Positions 55,192-64,000 of a DNA stretch of 64,000 nt are shown here, piece after piece. Position 1 is the first letter of the stretch. Each line of letters opens with the position of its first letter. Under the pieces are notes generated by a model. The model did no database searches. It was not told where the DNA came from and worked only from the letters and a program-made list of their open reading frames with translations. The translations under genes were made by a program, and so were the position numbers. Source of the stretch: an uncultured delta proteobacterium (lineage in GTDB: Bacteria > Myxococcota_A > Polyangia > Fen-1088); NCBI GenBank assembly GCA_963737265.1, contig CAVTRY010000021.1, positions 224,001 to 288,000 of the forward strand, read 5' to 3'.

Positions 55192-56619
55192 CATAGGCAT
55201 TAACCCAATTCCTCCGCAAGATGTTGCTGGAACTTAACGGCGCTGCGTAGACGCTTGCGCGGGACTTGGAGTTGAAGGTGGTCAAGGAATGCCTGCAAGA
55301 AATCGGGAAACCGACTGGCGCTGATCGGCGTGAGCGCCGCGCATACGGTTTGCCAGAGGACGGTCATGAGACGCCATGGCTCGGCTACGACCCGGTGCTT
55401 TGATCGCCTGAGTCCGGCCCTGACGCCTTTCTGCGGCTCGTCGGATGCCGAACCAGTCGAGTTCTCCACAGGGGGGAATAGCCACGTTGGGTGTAGCAAG
55501 TTTGCGGGCGATCTGGGTAAGCAGCATCTTGGCGCAAATCCAGGAATAGACAGTGTCGTTGCGAAAGTTGGGCAGTCGGTCGAGCCCTGCGATGGATTTG
55601 TCCCGCTTGATGTGAAGCTCGATTTGCCAGCGGAGGCCGTATAGTTCCATGACCAGGGCGGCGGTCAGCCGCGACCTCGGTACGGTCGTGAACACCACCA
55701 CGTACTGCGCGGCCGCAAGGGTTTCCTCAGTCACAGACGGACCTTGTTCCCGTCGCGCGCGCTGCCGAGCCTCCTCTGCTTTGTCGGGCGGCAAGAGCAA
55801 CGCGCACAGCCGGCCAGCGATCGCCTTGCCACCCTGCGGATGGACCTCTGCGTACCATTCGCGTGCAACCCCCGGATGCTTGAGGCGAGCCAGCATTCGC
55901 TGAACGTCGAGTAGCTGCCCGTTCATGCCGTACAGAGGAAGCGAGCCACGGTTGTATCGGACCAGTACGTCGGCATCCGCCGCCATGATCGCCGCTATGC
56001 CAGGCGGGTTCGAGCAGCCGCGGTCGCCCATCCACAGTTGTCCCGCCTCGGCATCGAAGTTTCTGAACGTCTCGCCGCCCTTGTCATCCGTGACCTCGAT
56101 TTGCACAGGCCGCAACGTGCTCAAGCGCAGCGCATAGTGAACGCGAGCCGTGGTGCCCTCGGCTCCTGGCCGCGACACCGAAGAGCCGTCCACGATCACC
56201 ACGTCGTAGCCCGCCCATCGCTCCGCTGCGAACGAAGCCTCGGCATCCGTCATCAGCGTCACCAGTCGCGCCAGGTAGGGACCAATGGTTCTCATTCGCT
56301 TGTGCAGCCCGACTGCCGACATCTTGATCACCCCGGCCGCCGCCGCCATCGCCACCGTCACGGCCAGCGACGAGTTCGTCGCCACCTGGTACAGAATCGG
56401 CTGCAGCAAATGTGCCGCCTCGGTCACCTTCGTGCCCATGTGCGCCGGAAACTTCGTGTAGACCACGCCCATCTCGACCGCCAGATCCTCCCATCCGGAT
56501 GGAAGCTGCGCCGCAATCATTGGCCAGTCGCCCGTGGTGCTGTTCTTCGCTATGTTGTCCATCCCGAGCATATGCGGGTGTTCTTGGAGAAATCGCAAGT
56601 TTTTGGGTTAATGCCTATG
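55192..56619 (-). mobile_element. IS4-family insertion sequence inside a CRISPR repeat
   Basis: 17-bp perfect IR CATAGGCATTAACCCAA; 11-bp TSD GGCCCCATTGA at 55181-55191 and 56620-56630. Confidence 0.93.
55282..56598 (-). CDS. IS4-family DDE transposase
   Basis: VDGS, GDRG, YGLRWQIELHIK (Y-R-E-K signature); start codon uncertain. Confidence 0.9.
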   Translation of the reverse strand: MRFLQEHPHMLGMDNIAKNSTTGDWPMIAAQLPSGWEDLAVEMGVVYTKFPAHMGTKVTEAAHLLQPILYQVATNSSLAVTVAMAAAAGVIKMSAVGLHKRMRTIGPYLARLVTLMTDAEASFAAERWAGYDVVIVDGSSVSRPGAEGTTARVHYALRLSTLRPVQIEVTDDKGGETFRNFDAEAGQLWMGDRGCSNPPGIAAIMAADADVLVRYNRGSLPLYGMNGQLLDVQRMLARLKHPGVAREWYAEVHPQGGKAIAGRLCALLLPPDKAEEARQRARREQGPSVTEETLAAAQYVVVFTTVPRSRLTAALVMELYGLRWQIELHIKRDKSIAGLDRLPNFRNDTVYSWICAKMLLTQIARKLATPNVAIPPCGELDWFGIRRAAERRQGRTQAIKAPGRSRAMASHDRPLANRMRGAHADQRQSVSRFLAGIP

Positions 56620-57622
56620 GGCCCCATTGAAGCCATTCAGAGACCCAGTCAGAACCCCTGGTGTCTCCGGTGATTTCCGCCGTCCTCGGACGGCGGCCCC
56701 ATTGAAGCAGCTGGCAGAGGAAACGCCGTCCGGTTGCTACGATGATTTCCGCCGTCCTCGGACGGCGGCCCCATTGAAGCGGGTTAGTTGGCTATTGCCA
56801 CTCCGTAGAATGCGCCATTTCCGCCGTCCTCGGACGGCGGCCCCATTGAAGCTTGGCCACGACGCCGCCACACCCGGAGCATTCTTGGATTTCCGCCGTC
56901 CTCTGACGGCGGCCCCATTGAAGCAGGATTGCCGCCACGCCGTCTTCGCTCATCGTCGATATTTCCGCCGTCCTCGGACGGCGGCCCCATTGAAGCTCCG
57001 CGGCGTGGATACTGCCTGCTTTAGCTGGCAGATTTCCGCCGTCCTCGGACGGCGGCCCCATTGAAGCCTCGGGTGGGGCGCAGGGTGTGCTGGGGCAGGT
57101 CATCGATTTCCGCCGTCCTCGGACGGCGGCCCCATTGAAGCAGAGCGTAGCGTAAGTATTGGTTCGAAAAGTACGGCATTTCCGCCGTCCTCGGACGGCG
57201 GCCCCATTGAAGCTCATTCGTCTGGCGTGGCTACCTGTAAAGACCTGCGAGATTTCCGCCGTCCTCGGACGGCGGCCCCATTGAAGCCACACCTCGCGGT
57301 AGCAATACGCGAGCGCCTCAATATCATTTCCGCCGTCCTCGGACGGCGGCCCCATTGAAGCTAGGTCTCTGGCTGCTTCTCGGCCCCGATCACCTCGATT
57401 TCCGCCGTCCTCGGACGGCGGCCCCATTGAAGCCCCGACCTGGTGCCCGATACGCGGATGCCCTGGAACACATTTCCGCCGTCCTCGGACGGCGGCCCCA
57501 TTGAAGCCACCCCAAGCTGTTTCTGTCCTCGCACGGGCGGCCCATTTCCGCCGTCCTCGGACGGCGGCCCCATTGAAGCAACATTATCCGACAAGGGGCC
57601 GAAGCAAGATCGCCAGATTTCC

Positions 57623-59113
57623 CGCCCATCACGCTTTCGGGTGAGCTTCCGTCGAGGGTCAGTGGCAGCATGAGAAATACAGGATCTGCATGAGGTTGTC
57701 GGGGTTGCGGTAGCCGTGGCCACGCTGGCTGATGCCGCGAACACGTGAATTGTTGCCTTCGAGGGCTGCGTTGGAAAGACCGTGCTTGGCCCAGGCAATA
57801 ACGCCCGACCAATGGCGCTTAATCATGTTCCAGAATCGCTTCAACGAGCCAAGTCGTTGCCAGCGTAATAGGCGACGCCAGTGGTCGAGTGCTGCAGCCA
57901 TACCGACCTCAGTGTGATAGCCCCATACGACGTCGAACTGCTCCTTGAGCAGGTACGCTACCTGGAGACGTCGGTTGAGGCGGAATAGCTCGTCAAGCTC
58001 GCGACGGCGACGCCAGTGAAGACGACGACGCTTCTTGAGCAGGAGGAACTTCTTGCCTCGGATGGCCTCGCGATACAGGCCACCCTTGCGCCAAAATTCC
58101 GCCTTGCGGACCTGGTCGACGGCGTCGGTGAGGTGGTGCTCGATGTGGAATCGGTCGAAGACGAGGTCAGCCTGTGGGGCATGTTCGCAGATGGCGTTGA
58201 TGTAGCCTTGGGCCATGTCCAGCGTGACTGCCACCAGCCGATGCGACCGGCGCGGTCCCAGCTTCACGAAAAACTGCTTGAGTGTTTCCTCCTGCTTGCC
58301 CTCGCCGATCCAAACCACGTGTCCGGCCTCGTGGTCCCAGACGATGGTCAGATACTTGTTCTGGCCTCGGCCGTAGCTGACCTCGTCGACGCCGATGATG
58401 CGAAGCTTGCGATGGAAGCGGCGCTCGACCGCATCCTCGACCCAGTGGGTGATGAGGCGCATGACGGTAGTCCAGTGCAGCCCGAGTTGGCGGCACACGC
58501 CGGCAATGGAAGTCGTGCGGGCACGCCGCAGGACCTCCGCCTCGAACATGTGAGTCATGCGCGAGCCGGTGCGCGCCCACGGGACCTGTTCGACCCGGAT
58601 CCCACAGCGGCGACAGCGCACGCGCCGCAGAGGCGCGATGACGACCGTGCGGATGCCCCAACCGTCGAGATGACGCCAGGCCCGGGCGCAATTCTTGATA
58701 TCCAGCGCGCAGCGCTTGGTCTCTCCACAGCCGGAGCACACAGCCGACTGCCTGGTCGGATACAGGTGTACATGCCAGGAGCCATCGGTACCGCTGTAGC
58801 TGTCGAAACTGACACGCCAGCCGTTTGCAATGGCCAGCTGCAATGCCAAAATACCAGGGACGGACGTTCGTTGGGAGTTCCTCGTGATTTGCATAAACCC
58901 GAAGGATCACCGACGGACGTCCACTTTTCATTTCGCGCACCGTCGCGCGCGGCGACGAGATCCTCGTCGTCGCATAGCAGCACCTGAGCCGCCAGCGAGG
59001 AGGCCGTCACCCGTAGGGCCGGAGCGAAGCGGAGGAGGCGCGAAGCGCCTTGCCGGCCCCCGGAGCGGCGGCTACGCCGTTGCCTTCGCAATCACCCGAA
59101 CGCGCGATGAACC
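57623..59113 (-). mobile_element. ISL3-family IS, copy A (1491 bp)
   Basis: Ends GGTTCATCGCGCGTTCGGGTGA / CGCCCATCACGCTTTCGGGTGA (17/22); TSD AGATTTCC at 57615-57622 and 59114-59121. Confidence 0.95.
57659..58894 (-). CDS. ISL3 transposase
   Basis: CSGC/CRRC zinc finger, IGVDE, LDMAQGY, DRFH, EGNN. Confidence 0.95.
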   Translation of the reverse strand: MQITRNSQRTSVPGILALQLAIANGWRVSFDSYSGTDGSWHVHLYPTRQSAVCSGCGETKRCALDIKNCARAWRHLDGWGIRTVVIAPLRRVRCRRCGIRVEQVPWARTGSRMTHMFEAEVLRRARTTSIAGVCRQLGLHWTTVMRLITHWVEDAVERRFHRKLRIIGVDEVSYGRGQNKYLTIVWDHEAGHVVWIGEGKQEETLKQFFVKLGPRRSHRLVAVTLDMAQGYINAICEHAPQADLVFDRFHIEHHLTDAVDQVRKAEFWRKGGLYREAIRGKKFLLLKKRRRLHWRRRRELDELFRLNRRLQVAYLLKEQFDVVWGYHTEVGMAAALDHWRRLLRWQRLGSLKRFWNMIKRHWSGVIAWAKHGLSNAALEGNNSRVRGISQRGHGYRNPDNLMQILYFSCCH

Positions 59114-61224
59114 AGATTTCCGCCGTCCTCGGACGGCGGCCCCATTGAAGCCAATGCGCTGGGCGCGCAGGTATTCGAGCGTCTTGCATTTCCGCCGTCC
59201 TCGGACGGCGGCCCCATTGAAGCAAGGTGCTTTATCGAGATGCCAGGGTTGCAGACTGGAATTTCCGCCGTCCTCGGACGGCGGCCCCATTGAAGCGCAG
59301 CGCAAAAAATCGTGCTTTACTTCACCGCAGGCAATTTCCGCCGTCCTCGGACGGCGGCCCCATTGAAGCGATACTTCCTGGAAAGTGCCGTAGCTGGGGA
59401 CGGGAATTTCCGCCGTCCTCGGACGGCGGCCCCATTGAAGCTCGCAGGAATTGAACCTAGATCCCAGCGCAGCCACAGATTTCCGCCGTCCTCGGACGGC
59501 GGCCCCATTGAAGCTTGTACTCACGGTCAAACACAGCGCCGCGCCATTGTGATTTCCGCCGTCCTCGGACGGCGGCCCCATTGAAGCACGGGATGCCTGG
59601 AATACGTCCTCGCCGACATCAACGAAATTTCCGCCGTCCTCGGACGGCGGCCCCATTGAAGCACGATCAGCTCCTGATGGGTGGCATCTGATTTACTGAT
59701 TTCCGCCGTCCTCGGACGGCGGCCCCATTGAAGCCGTAGCCGCGCCTGCGTTGACGTAGACACCCTTTGATTTCCGCCGTCCTCGGACGGCGGCCCCATT
59801 GAAGCACCTCTGGCATCTACACGACGTGGTCGCTGCACTGTATTTCCGCCGTCCTCGGACGGCGGCCCCATTGAAGCGCGGCTGACGTCTACGTCGGCGA
59901 CATCCTGACACAGATTTCCGCCGTCCTCGGACGGCGGCCCCATTGAAGCATCCACAGACAGCAACCAGGGGTCAGCAGCGACAACGATTTCCGCCGTCCT
60001 CGGACGGCGGCCCCATTGAAGCCTGGTAGGTGACGAGCGGCGGAGTCGCAGCGGCGCTCATTTCCGCCGTCCTCGGACGGCGGCCCCATTGAAGCCCAAA
60101 TATCAGCAGTGGGGCCGTTGTCACAGGAAGAGGATTTCCGCCGTCCTCGGACGGCGGCCCCATTGAAGCGCTGCGGTCGCGATTCGGCGCCGATGCCGGG
60201 GCGGATGATTTCCGCCGTCCTCGGACGGCGGCCCCATTGAAGCGACATGGACGATGCGAGCGTCGATCCGACGATCGAATTTCCGCCGTCCTCGGACGGC
60301 GGCCCCATTGAAGCTCCCATTCGACCCGAAACATCGCCAGACGTTCCGGCATTTCCGCCGTCCTCGGACGGCGGCCCCATTGAAGCACAAAGGAAACAAA
60401 GGTAGTCGATGGTGTTACCTTGATTTCCGCCGTCCTCGGACGGCGGCCCCATTGAAGCTGGGAAGAGGCCTTGAGTGACGACCGGATCGCCGCCGATTTC
60501 CGCCGTCCTCGGACGGCGGCCCCATTGAAGCGCAGGCAACGAGAGGGTCGTGGTGGGCTCGGTGCAGACATTTCCGCCGTCCTCGGACGGCGGCCCCATT
60601 GAAGCCTTATTCATTTTGGCTGGCATTACCGTAGACCTTGGATTTCCGCCGTCCTCGGACGGCGGCCCCATTGAAGCAAACTCAGCTTCGGCCGATTCAC
60701 TGGTTTCATAGTATTTCCGCCGTCCTCGGACGGCGGCCCCATTGAAGCTGTGGGGGCGAATCGTAGCCATCGAGCAGAAACTGGATTTCCGCCGTCCTCG
60801 GACGGCGGCCCCATTGAAGCCAGGGCCTCTCGGATCAAAGGCAATCTTGAGGCGGTATTTCCGCCGTTCTCGGACGGCGGCCCCATTGAAGCAAGCTGCC
60901 AGGCGGGCTCAACTGCAAGCCAAGGTGCAATTTCCGCCGTCCTCGGACGGCGGCCCCATTGAAGCCGCTTCAGGCTGCCCACCACGTCTGCCAGTCCAGG
61001 TGATTTCCGCCGTCCTCGGACGGCGGCCCCATTGAAGCAATCGCCCCTTTTTCGCGCACGCTGGCCCCGCCATGTTATTTCCGCCGTCCTCGGACGGCGG
61101 CCCCATTGAAGCCCACCGGCCCGAGTTCCGCGAGCATCGACTGGCCAATTTCCGCCGTCCTCGGACGGCGGCCCCATTGAAGCCCGTTTGTGCACATGAG
61201 CGACGGTAGCGGTGCAACATTTCC

Positions 61225-62715
61225 GGTTCATCGCGCGTTCGGGTGATTGCGAAGGCAACGGCGTAGCCGCCGCTCCGGGGGCCGGCAAGGCGCTTCGCGC
61301 CTCCTCCGCTTCGCTCCGGCCCTACGGGTGACGGCCTCCTCGCTGGCGGCTCAGGTGCTGCTATGCGACGACGAGGATCTCGTCGCCGCGCGCGACGGTG
61401 CGCGAAATGAAAAGTGGACGTCCGTCGGTGATCCTTCGGGTTTATGCAAATCACGAGGAACTCCCAACGAACGTCCGTCCCTGGTATTTTGGCATTGCAG
61501 CTGGCCATTGCAAACGGCTGGCGTGTCAGTTTCGACAGCTACAGCGGTACCGATGGCTCCTGGCATGTACACCTGTATCCGACCAGGCAGTCGGCTGTGT
61601 GCTCCGGCTGTGGAGAGACCAAGCGCTGCGCGCTGGATATCAAGAATTGCGCCCGGGCCTGGCGTCATCTCGACGGTTGGGGCATCCGCACGGTCGTCAT
61701 CGCGCCTCTGCGGCGCGTGCGCTGTCGCCGCTGTGGGATCCGGGTCGAACAGGTCCCGTGGGCGCGCACCGGCTCGCGCATGACTCACATGTTCGAGGCG
61801 GAGGTCCTGCGGCGTGCCCGCACGACTTCCATTGCCGGCGTGTGCCGCCAACTCGGGCTGCACTGGACTACCGTCATGCGCCTCATCACCCACTGGGTCG
61901 AGGATGCGGTCGAGCGCCGCTTCCATCGCAAGCTTCGCATCATCGGCGTCGACGAGGTCAGCTACGGCCGAGGCCAGAACAAGTATCTGACCATCGTCTG
62001 GGACCACGAGGCCGGACACGTGGTTTGGATCGGCGAGGGCAAGCAGGAGGAAACACTCAAGCAGTTTTTCGTGAAGCTGGGACCGCGCCGGTCGCATCGG
62101 CTGGTGGCAGTCACGCTGGACATGGCCCAAGGCTACATCAACGCCATCTGCGAACATGCCCCACAGGCTGACCTCGTCTTCGACCGATTCCACATCGAGC
62201 ACCACCTCACCGACGCCGTCGACCAGGTCCGCAAGGCGGAATTTTGGCGCAAGGGTGGCCTGTATCGCGAGGCCATCCGAGGCAAGAAGTTCCTCCTGCT
62301 CAAGAAGCGTCGTCGTCTTCACTGGCGTCGCCGTCGCGAGCTTGACGAGCTATTCCGCCTCAACCGACGTCTCCAGGTAGCGTACCTGCTCAAGGAGCAG
62401 TTCGACGTCGTATGGGGCTATCACACTGAGGTCGGTATGGCTGCAGCACTCGACCACTGGCGTCGCCTATTACGCTGGCAACGACTTGGCTCGTTGAAGC
62501 GATTCTGGAACATGATTAAGCGCCATTGGTCGGGCGTTATTGCCTGGGCCAAGCACGGTCTTTCCAACGCAGCCCTCGAAGGCAACAATTCACGTGTTCG
62601 CGGCATCAGCCAGCGTGGCCACGGCTACCGCAACCCCGACAACCTCATGCAGATCCTGTATTTCTCATGCTGCCACTGACCCTCGACGGAAGCTCACCCG
62701 AAAGCGTGATGGGCG
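61225..62715 (+). mobile_element. ISL3-family IS, copy B (1491 bp, inverted relative to copy A)
   Basis: Same ends and identical 411-aa protein; TSD ACATTTCC at 61217-61224 and 62716-62723. Confidence 0.95.
61444..62679 (+). CDS. ISL3 transposase
   Basis: Identical translation to 57659-58894. Confidence 0.95.
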   Translation: MQITRNSQRTSVPGILALQLAIANGWRVSFDSYSGTDGSWHVHLYPTRQSAVCSGCGETKRCALDIKNCARAWRHLDGWGIRTVVIAPLRRVRCRRCGIRVEQVPWARTGSRMTHMFEAEVLRRARTTSIAGVCRQLGLHWTTVMRLITHWVEDAVERRFHRKLRIIGVDEVSYGRGQNKYLTIVWDHEAGHVVWIGEGKQEETLKQFFVKLGPRRSHRLVAVTLDMAQGYINAICEHAPQADLVFDRFHIEHHLTDAVDQVRKAEFWRKGGLYREAIRGKKFLLLKKRRRLHWRRRRELDELFRLNRRLQVAYLLKEQFDVVWGYHTEVGMAAALDHWRRLLRWQRLGSLKRFWNMIKRHWSGVIAWAKHGLSNAALEGNNSRVRGISQRGHGYRNPDNLMQILYFSCCH

Positions 62716-62723
62716 ACATTTCC

Positions 62724-63483
62724 GGGTCTTCTAGGAATGTTCTGCAATAGGCGCAGATCAGAGCCCTTTTCGGCCGAGATTCTGCGATCTAGCGCAACCG
62801 TGAAACTCGTCTACTCCAGTTTTCCGCAGATGCGGAGGATTTTGAGCTTGAGGTAGTCGCGATCATGGAACCCGTAGGCCTGCTTCTTGATCGTGCCGAC
62901 CACGTTGTTGAAGCCTTCGGCCATGCCGTTGGCCACACGGTGCTGGAAGTAGTTCTCAATCCCGGTCCTTCGTCGTTCGATCGTCTTGAGGACGTGAACG
63001 AGTTCAGGAATGCCGCTCTCCCGCACTTGCCCCTCCCATTCCTTTAGTCGCTTTCGCCCGTCCTTGAGATCCTTCGCTTTGAAGACTTCTCGAAAGGCTT
63101 CCTTGAGTATCTGGCCTGCTGTGAGGTCTGTGTTCAGCGCGAGCAACTCCTTCAGCGAGACGCGTTGCCGGACGCTCAGGCTCTCCTGGGCTCGTAGCAG
63201 AACGTAGCGCTGTCCCTTGATGAGCCTCCGTCCGGCAAGGGACAGTTGCCGCTGAAGGCGGCGGCGGATCTCGTCGAGAGCATCGTGCACGATCTTGCTC
63301 ACGTGGAAGTGGTCGAAGACAATGGCCGCCTTGGGCAGACGTTTCCGCAGCACCTTCACGTAGGGGTCGTGCATGTCCGTCACCGCAACCTTGATCCGCC
63401 TCGCGCGCTGGGGGCCCAGCCACGTGAGGAACCGGCCCACTGCCCGGCCGTCATTGCCGTGTGTCGCGTAGATCACCAGCCGG
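62724..63483 (-). mobile_element. Second, distinct ISL3 element (3' part only; transposase fragment 62811-63482)
   Basis: ISL3-like end GGGTCTTC; TDMHDPY, FDHFH, NGMAEGFNN, AYGFHD motifs. Confidence 0.85.
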
Positions 63484-64000
63484 AAGCTGTCACGGTTGCT
63501 AAAGGCACAGGGGCAGACGGTGAATCGCAAACGGGTGCAGAGACTGATGCGAATCATGGGCATCGAAGCGCTGGCGCCCAAACCACGGACGACCGTGCCC
63601 GCGCCGGAACATACGAAATTCCCGTACTTGCTGCGCCATCTCGCGATCATTCGGCCCAATCAGGTGTGGGCCTCGGATATCACGTACATCCCGACGAGAC
63701 AGGGGCATTGCTACCTGGTCGCCGTGATGGATTGGTACACGCGCCGGGTTCTGTCCTGGCGCATTTCAAACACGATGGACAGCCGTTTTTGCATCGAGGT
63801 CGTGGAAGAAGCTCTTGCGAACTTCGGCTTGCCGGAGATCTTCAACACCGACCAGGGGTCGCAGTTTACCGACGACAACTTCACATCGGTTTTGCTGGAC
63901 AAGGGCGTAAAGGTCAGCATGGACGGTCGCGGCCGATTCATGGACAACATCTTCGTCGAGCGTCTATGGCGGTCTGTCAAATGCGAGGAGGTCTACTTGA
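63478..64000 (+). pseudogene. IS3-family transposase (OrfB/rve) fragment, running off the window
   Basis: VNRKRVQRLMR, PNQVWASDITYI, FNTDQGSQFT, DNIFVERLWRSVK; no upstream part or IR. Confidence 0.9.

Larger units (their letters stand above)
50283..61224 (+). CRISPR. Type I-G CRISPR array, 36-bp repeat ATTTCCGCCGTCCTCGGACGGCGGCCCCATTGAAGC, 110 spacers in blocks of 67, 14 and 29
   Basis: Near-identical repeats with 34-41 bp spacers; hairpin CCGCCGTCC/GGACGGCGG; single-base variant repeats at 51442, 54429, 56889, 60857; interrupted by IS elements. Confidence 0.99.

Noticed and set aside
53660-60570. Spacer pairs sharing the first 9 nt (TTGGCCACG; GCAGGCAAC)
   Set aside because: No similarity beyond 9 nt; cannot be distinguished from chance.
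50283-61224. Self-targeting spacers against genes or IS elements in this window
   Set aside because: None found by eye; a whole-genome alignment is needed to exclude them.
50210-61300. Dozens of short ORFs with repeated peptides (FPPSSDGGPIEA, LQWGRRPRTAE)
   Set aside because: Translations of the CRISPR repeat, not genes.
62680-62700. CCTCGACGGAAGC near the ISL3 right end resembling the CRISPR repeat (possible guide)
   Set aside because: Short, gapped similarity that is expected by chance in GC-rich DNA.
62811-63659. 282-aa ORF as an intact transposase
   Set aside because: Its N-terminal ~59 aa are antisense IS3 sequence fused to an ISL3 C-terminal half.

Overview
GC-rich bacterial DNA; gene content (Oar-like TonB receptor, FHA and Ser/Thr kinase proteins, DUF222-HNH) suggests Myxococcota. 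Bases 1-39.7 kb are mostly housekeeping: lgt, dnaK, ribF, a frameshifted Cu-type P1B ATPase, rdgB, rph, gltBD with a divergent GlnR-like regulator, pheA, fabI, a TonB receptor/YfiR-like/CheA-like module and cysQ. Bases 39.8-64 kb are a type I-G (I-U) CRISPR-Cas locus: WYL, cas3, cas8, cas7, csb2, cas4-cas1, cas2 and an array of 110 spacers (manual count). Three observations stand out. (1) Three ISL3 insertions, two identical copies in opposite orientations and one different element, all land after nucleotide 6 of the CRISPR repeat. The two complete copies have an 8-bp nnATTTCC duplication that regenerates the repeat, and together they bracket 29 spacers. An IS4 element also sits inside a repeat. 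(2) Both cas operons are preceded by the same motif, TTGWCC-N5-TGACAA-N10-TANNNT, which has the geometry of WYL-activator (PafBC-type) promoters and lies next to a WYL gene. (3) cas7 carries a large internal deletion while the adaptation genes look intact. Coordinates were read by hand and may be off by a few bases.
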